Below are positions 63,781 to 64,000 of a stretch of 64,000 bases of DNA, piece after piece (within the stretch, counting starts at the first letter, position 1; the number at the start of each line of letters is the position of its first letter). Origin of the DNA: Callorhinchus milii (Eukaryota). The notes beneath the pieces are model-generated. The model worked only from the letters and a program-made list of their open reading frames with translations, had not been told where the DNA came from and made no database searches. The stretch lies in contig NW_024704742.1 in NCBI RefSeq assembly GCF_018977255.1, forward strand, positions 120,964,001 through 121,028,000, given 5' to 3'. The position numbers were made by a program, and so were the translations under genes.

Positions 63781-64000
63781 TTATCCACAGAAACCTGGCT
63801 CCTCAAAATGATAGGAATGAATTGATTCTCCTTCACAACTGTAGGTACCATCATATTTTAAACTAGTCTGGTTTATCACAAAAACAATATAGTGACTATC
63901 TGTAAACTGGAATTTTCATATTTCTGACAAATTCTATCCACAAAATATAGGACTGCTGCCTCTTCAATCCTCACCTCTGCTGACTCCCTGATGTTGAAAC

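Noticed and set aside
1..64000. Nested LRRC70 gene, which I recall lying in an IPO11 intron in human
   Set aside because: No long leucine-rich-repeat ORF is present; if conserved it should lie further 3', outside this window
1..64000. CRISPR arrays, operons or prokaryote-type defence systems
   Set aside because: The sequence is spliced vertebrate DNA; the recurring motifs are dispersed retroposon copies, not regularly spaced repeats

Overview
Eukaryotic, AT-rich, repeat-dense vertebrate DNA, most likely from a cartilaginous fish (holocephalan/shark-type SINE, L2, CR1 and Penelope repeats; the taxon is an inference). The whole window lies inside importin-11 (IPO11) on the minus strand. Twelve internal coding exons (995 nt, spanning 60716 to 2436) splice into one uninterrupted frame, VEETGGDSWKYSLRPCTEVLF...RTCFKIINAYIFLASSEFLQ; both gene ends lie outside the window. 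One intron (30473-31056) is a minor-spliceosome U12-type AT-AC intron. The other introns hold tRNA-headed Deu-type SINEs, L2 and CR1 LINE fragments (one with an SGNH-esterase ORF1), solo-LTR-like elements, Penelope terminal repeats carrying a decayed minimal hammerhead ribozyme, and several long near-perfect palindromes. I found no convincing new protein-coding system. The best leads are the AT-AC intron, the hammerhead-bearing Penelope repeats, the intronic hairpins and an apparent SINE/L2 3' stem-loop switch. Repeat boundaries are approximate and all family assignments come from recall, not from database searches.
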